DNA of 64,000 nucleotides, from contig MCFE01000463.1 in NCBI GenBank assembly GCA_002104905.1, forward strand, positions 1-64,000, written 5' to 3'. The notes beneath the pieces are model-generated. The model was given only the letters and a program-made list of their open reading frames with translations, was not told the origin of the DNA and ran no database searches. Shown here one piece after another: positions 61,832-64,000 of the stretch (positions are counted from its first letter, which is position 1; each line of letters opens with the position of its first letter). This stretch comes from Basidiobolus meristosporus CBS 931.73 (lineage: Eukaryota > Fungi > Basidiobolomycota). The position numbers were made by a program, and so were the translations under genes.

Positions 61832-64000
61832 TGTGGTGGTGTAGAGGTACTCCTGGGAGAAGCTACACAACTCAAGGTGTGTGAGGTGTCTGATGGGTGC
61901 AATAACCTCTGTGTCTAAACTGCTGGTGTCTTTGTCAATATGTCACTATGGTAAAAGCTCCTGCTTCTTTAGCTCCCTAGGTGCTCCAAGTGTCTCCAAA
62001 GGCCTCTGTGTGTCTTGTGCACTACCCTGAAAAGCTCCTTGATGGCAGGTCTTAGATGTACTGTTGAAGGCAGGTGCAGTGATCAACTGCTAATCAATAA
62101 GGTAGAAGTGTTACTGATAGAAGGGATGATTTATTGATGAGGAATTGCTTTCCCTTAAATACTTTTCCTGATTGCCAAGTGATTACTAATGACAAGGTTC
62201 TAGAAGATTCTAGGTATCAGTGGAATTCTTGATGACATCACTATGAGCTAAAAATATGCCAAGAATGTCCTGGAAGGTTCTAAAGGGCACAGCACTCTCA
62301 ACCAATCAGGAATCAGTAGTCTGAAACCTGTGCAACATAGAAATACCATATATGGTATTGAAATGGTAGAGATGGTAACACAGACCTAGGTCATGTGTCA
62401 CGGGTACTGACGCGGGTACTTGCCTTATATAGATACATCTACTGATCACAAAGCTGAATAACATCTGGGATAACTAATGCTAATAACTAATCAGGGTAAA
62501 CATCATATGGGGATAATACTGATAATATGGGCAAAAGAAGAATGGGATAATACTGATAAGATAAAATATGGATAAGTATATCATAATGACTATATGAATA
62601 AACTTGTCTGTGGGAGGTATGTTTACCCTACCACATCCACCCCCCACTTGAGCTAAAAAGTTTCAGGGAACTTTTTAGCTAACCACTGTAAGTTTGGAGA
62701 ACAAAGTGCTCTCTCAGTCTTCCTCAATGAAGCCACCTGTCCTTTCTTGAGATAGAAATCTACATGATGTCATTGATCGGATATTGTTTGAGTCCACACC
62801 ACAGAAGGTTGCTGTTAGTCCTGGGCTCTCTGAGTATATAGTATACCATGCTGAACCATCTGGGTAGTTCACTGCAGTTGCTCTTGCTTTTACCTCCCAT
62901 GGTCTTCCAAGAAGTAATTCAAAGTTAGCCTTTGCACATATGAATACTGGGATCTCATGGGGTATTCCTTCAATGATGAGAGGGAAGCTGTGAATAATTC
63001 CTAAAAGCTTTGATTGCCCTGAGTTGGCATCCTTCATGCTCCAATTGATATTGGTGTCTATGGGCAATAAGTCTTTGCATGGTAGTTGTTTCCAAGCCTC
63101 CAAAGGCATCACACATATCTCAGATCCACTGTCAATATGACATAGGATTTCTTGATTATGCACAGTTCCTGTAGTTGTTGCAGTTGCCACTGAGTAGTAG
63201 TGTTTCTGGCTTTGATGCAGCTTACTGATATTTTGGCTTCCTTGAACTGTCCTGACCTGGTTGCCTTGAGTTGATTCAATTGGATGCTTTCTTATTCTGA
63301 TATGCTCATCCAGAGTCTTTCTTACAGATGGTGATACACTGAGTAGCTCTCCAACCTTGATTGATATGTTGCTTCCTAGTATATGACTTGTCAGAGCCTC
63401 TGGGGTACCATTTTGCTTGACTCTAGGCTGCATGTGGTAGTTGTTGGCCTTGGCAGACTCTTGTAAAATTAATGGGGGTGATGCTTTCTTCTCAATCACA
63501 ACTTCTGGCTCACATCTTGGTACTTTTGTTGCTGGGCCTGGATTAGCCATTTTTTCAGGATGGTGTCTCTTTGAAGCATAAATTGAAGCTATATGATCTT
63601 GGGCCTCTCTGGGGTCCTCATAGTCAAAGTTCAGAACTTCAGCTGGATCAAAGTAGCCAGGATCTTCTTCGCCATGAAGGTGAACCTTTCTTGTATGAGA
63701 GGTGACTTGCTTGTAGTGAACTCTCATTCCTCCTTGTCCAAATGCTGTGGATAATTTGTCACCATGCTTACTGACTATGTATCCCTGAGGACTATATAGG
63801 ACATCACCTGTGGATAGTAATGACTGAAGCTCTTGGCAATTTCTCTTGGAATGGTTGGCAGAGTCACACCACATGCATGTATATTTGACTTCTTTCTCTA
63901 CTGGCTTCTGACCATATGCTTTGCTGGCAAGTAGCAAAGAGAGTTTCTCTAGTTGCTGTGTCAGCTCCTGAATTTGAGTGCTTTGATTGCTGGGATTAAG
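61832..64000 (-). mobile_element. Gag-protease-only (pol-less) LTR element, family 2; 3' LTR at 61832-62635; 5' part lies beyond the window
   Basis: The ORF stop at 62714 is followed by only 78 bp (hairpin plus PPT GTGGGGGGTGGA) before the LTR. Outer flank is CCGC. Confidence 0.85.
62714..64000 (-). CDS. gag: Gag-protease, partial (open to the window edge, at least 428 codons without a stop)
   Basis: CMWCDSANHSKRNC, HIDSGSEICVMP and ANFELLLGRPWE are homologous to the family 1 Gag-PR. Confidence 0.9.
   Translation of the reverse strand, partial: LNPSNQSTQIQELTQQLEKLSLLLASKAYGQKPVEKEVKYTCMWCDSANHSKRNCQELQSLLSTGDVLYSPQGYIVSKHGDKLSTAFGQGGMRVHYKQVTSHTRKVHLHGEEDPGYFDPAEVLNFDYEDPREAQDHIASIYASKRHHPEKMANPGPATKVPRCEPEVVIEKKASPPLILQESAKANNYHMQPRVKQNGTPEALTSHILGSNISIKVGELLSVSPSVRKTLDEHIRIRKHPIESTQGNQVRTVQGSQNISKLHQSQKHYYSVATATTTGTVHNQEILCHIDSGSEICVMPLEAWKQLPCKDLLPIDTNINWSMKDANSGQSKLLGIIHSFPLIIEGIPHEIPVFICAKANFELLLGRPWEVKARATAVNYPDGSAWYTIYSESPGLTATFCGVDSNNIRSMTSCRFLSQERTGGFIEED

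Noticed and set aside
1-64000. RIP as the cause of decay
   Set aside because: CA and TG remain abundant while CG is scarce, and paralog differences are mostly CG vs TG/CA. This was judged by eye, not computed.

Overview
This is a eukaryotic, probably fungal (inferred from the element families) transposon graveyard. I found no host genes, RNA genes or CRISPR arrays; almost all 64 kb is nested mobile DNA. It contains two copies of a Ylt1-like Ty3/gypsy element with ~1.08 kb LTRs plus solo LTRs, and a related gag-protease-only element with 0.8 kb LTRs. It also contains a chromovirus remnant, two further gypsy families (one with an extra 3' ORF), one young full-length Ty1/copia with identical LTRs, several decayed copia copies and CACTA/En-Spm transposase remnants. 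A PIF/Harbinger-superfamily (Pangu-like) DNA transposon with AGACTTGTTCC termini is present with two derived MITE families, one a ~733 bp foldback. Decay is dominated by CpG to TpG/CpA transitions. The strongest signal is that every readable insertion of the Ylt1-like group sits at a 4-bp CG-centred target (GCGG/CCGC, GCGT, or CpG-decayed versions) in a region otherwise stripped of CpG. The autonomous family and its pol-less partner also share U5 termini and a hairpin-PPT module. All alignments and identities were done by eye and family names come from motif recognition, not database searches.
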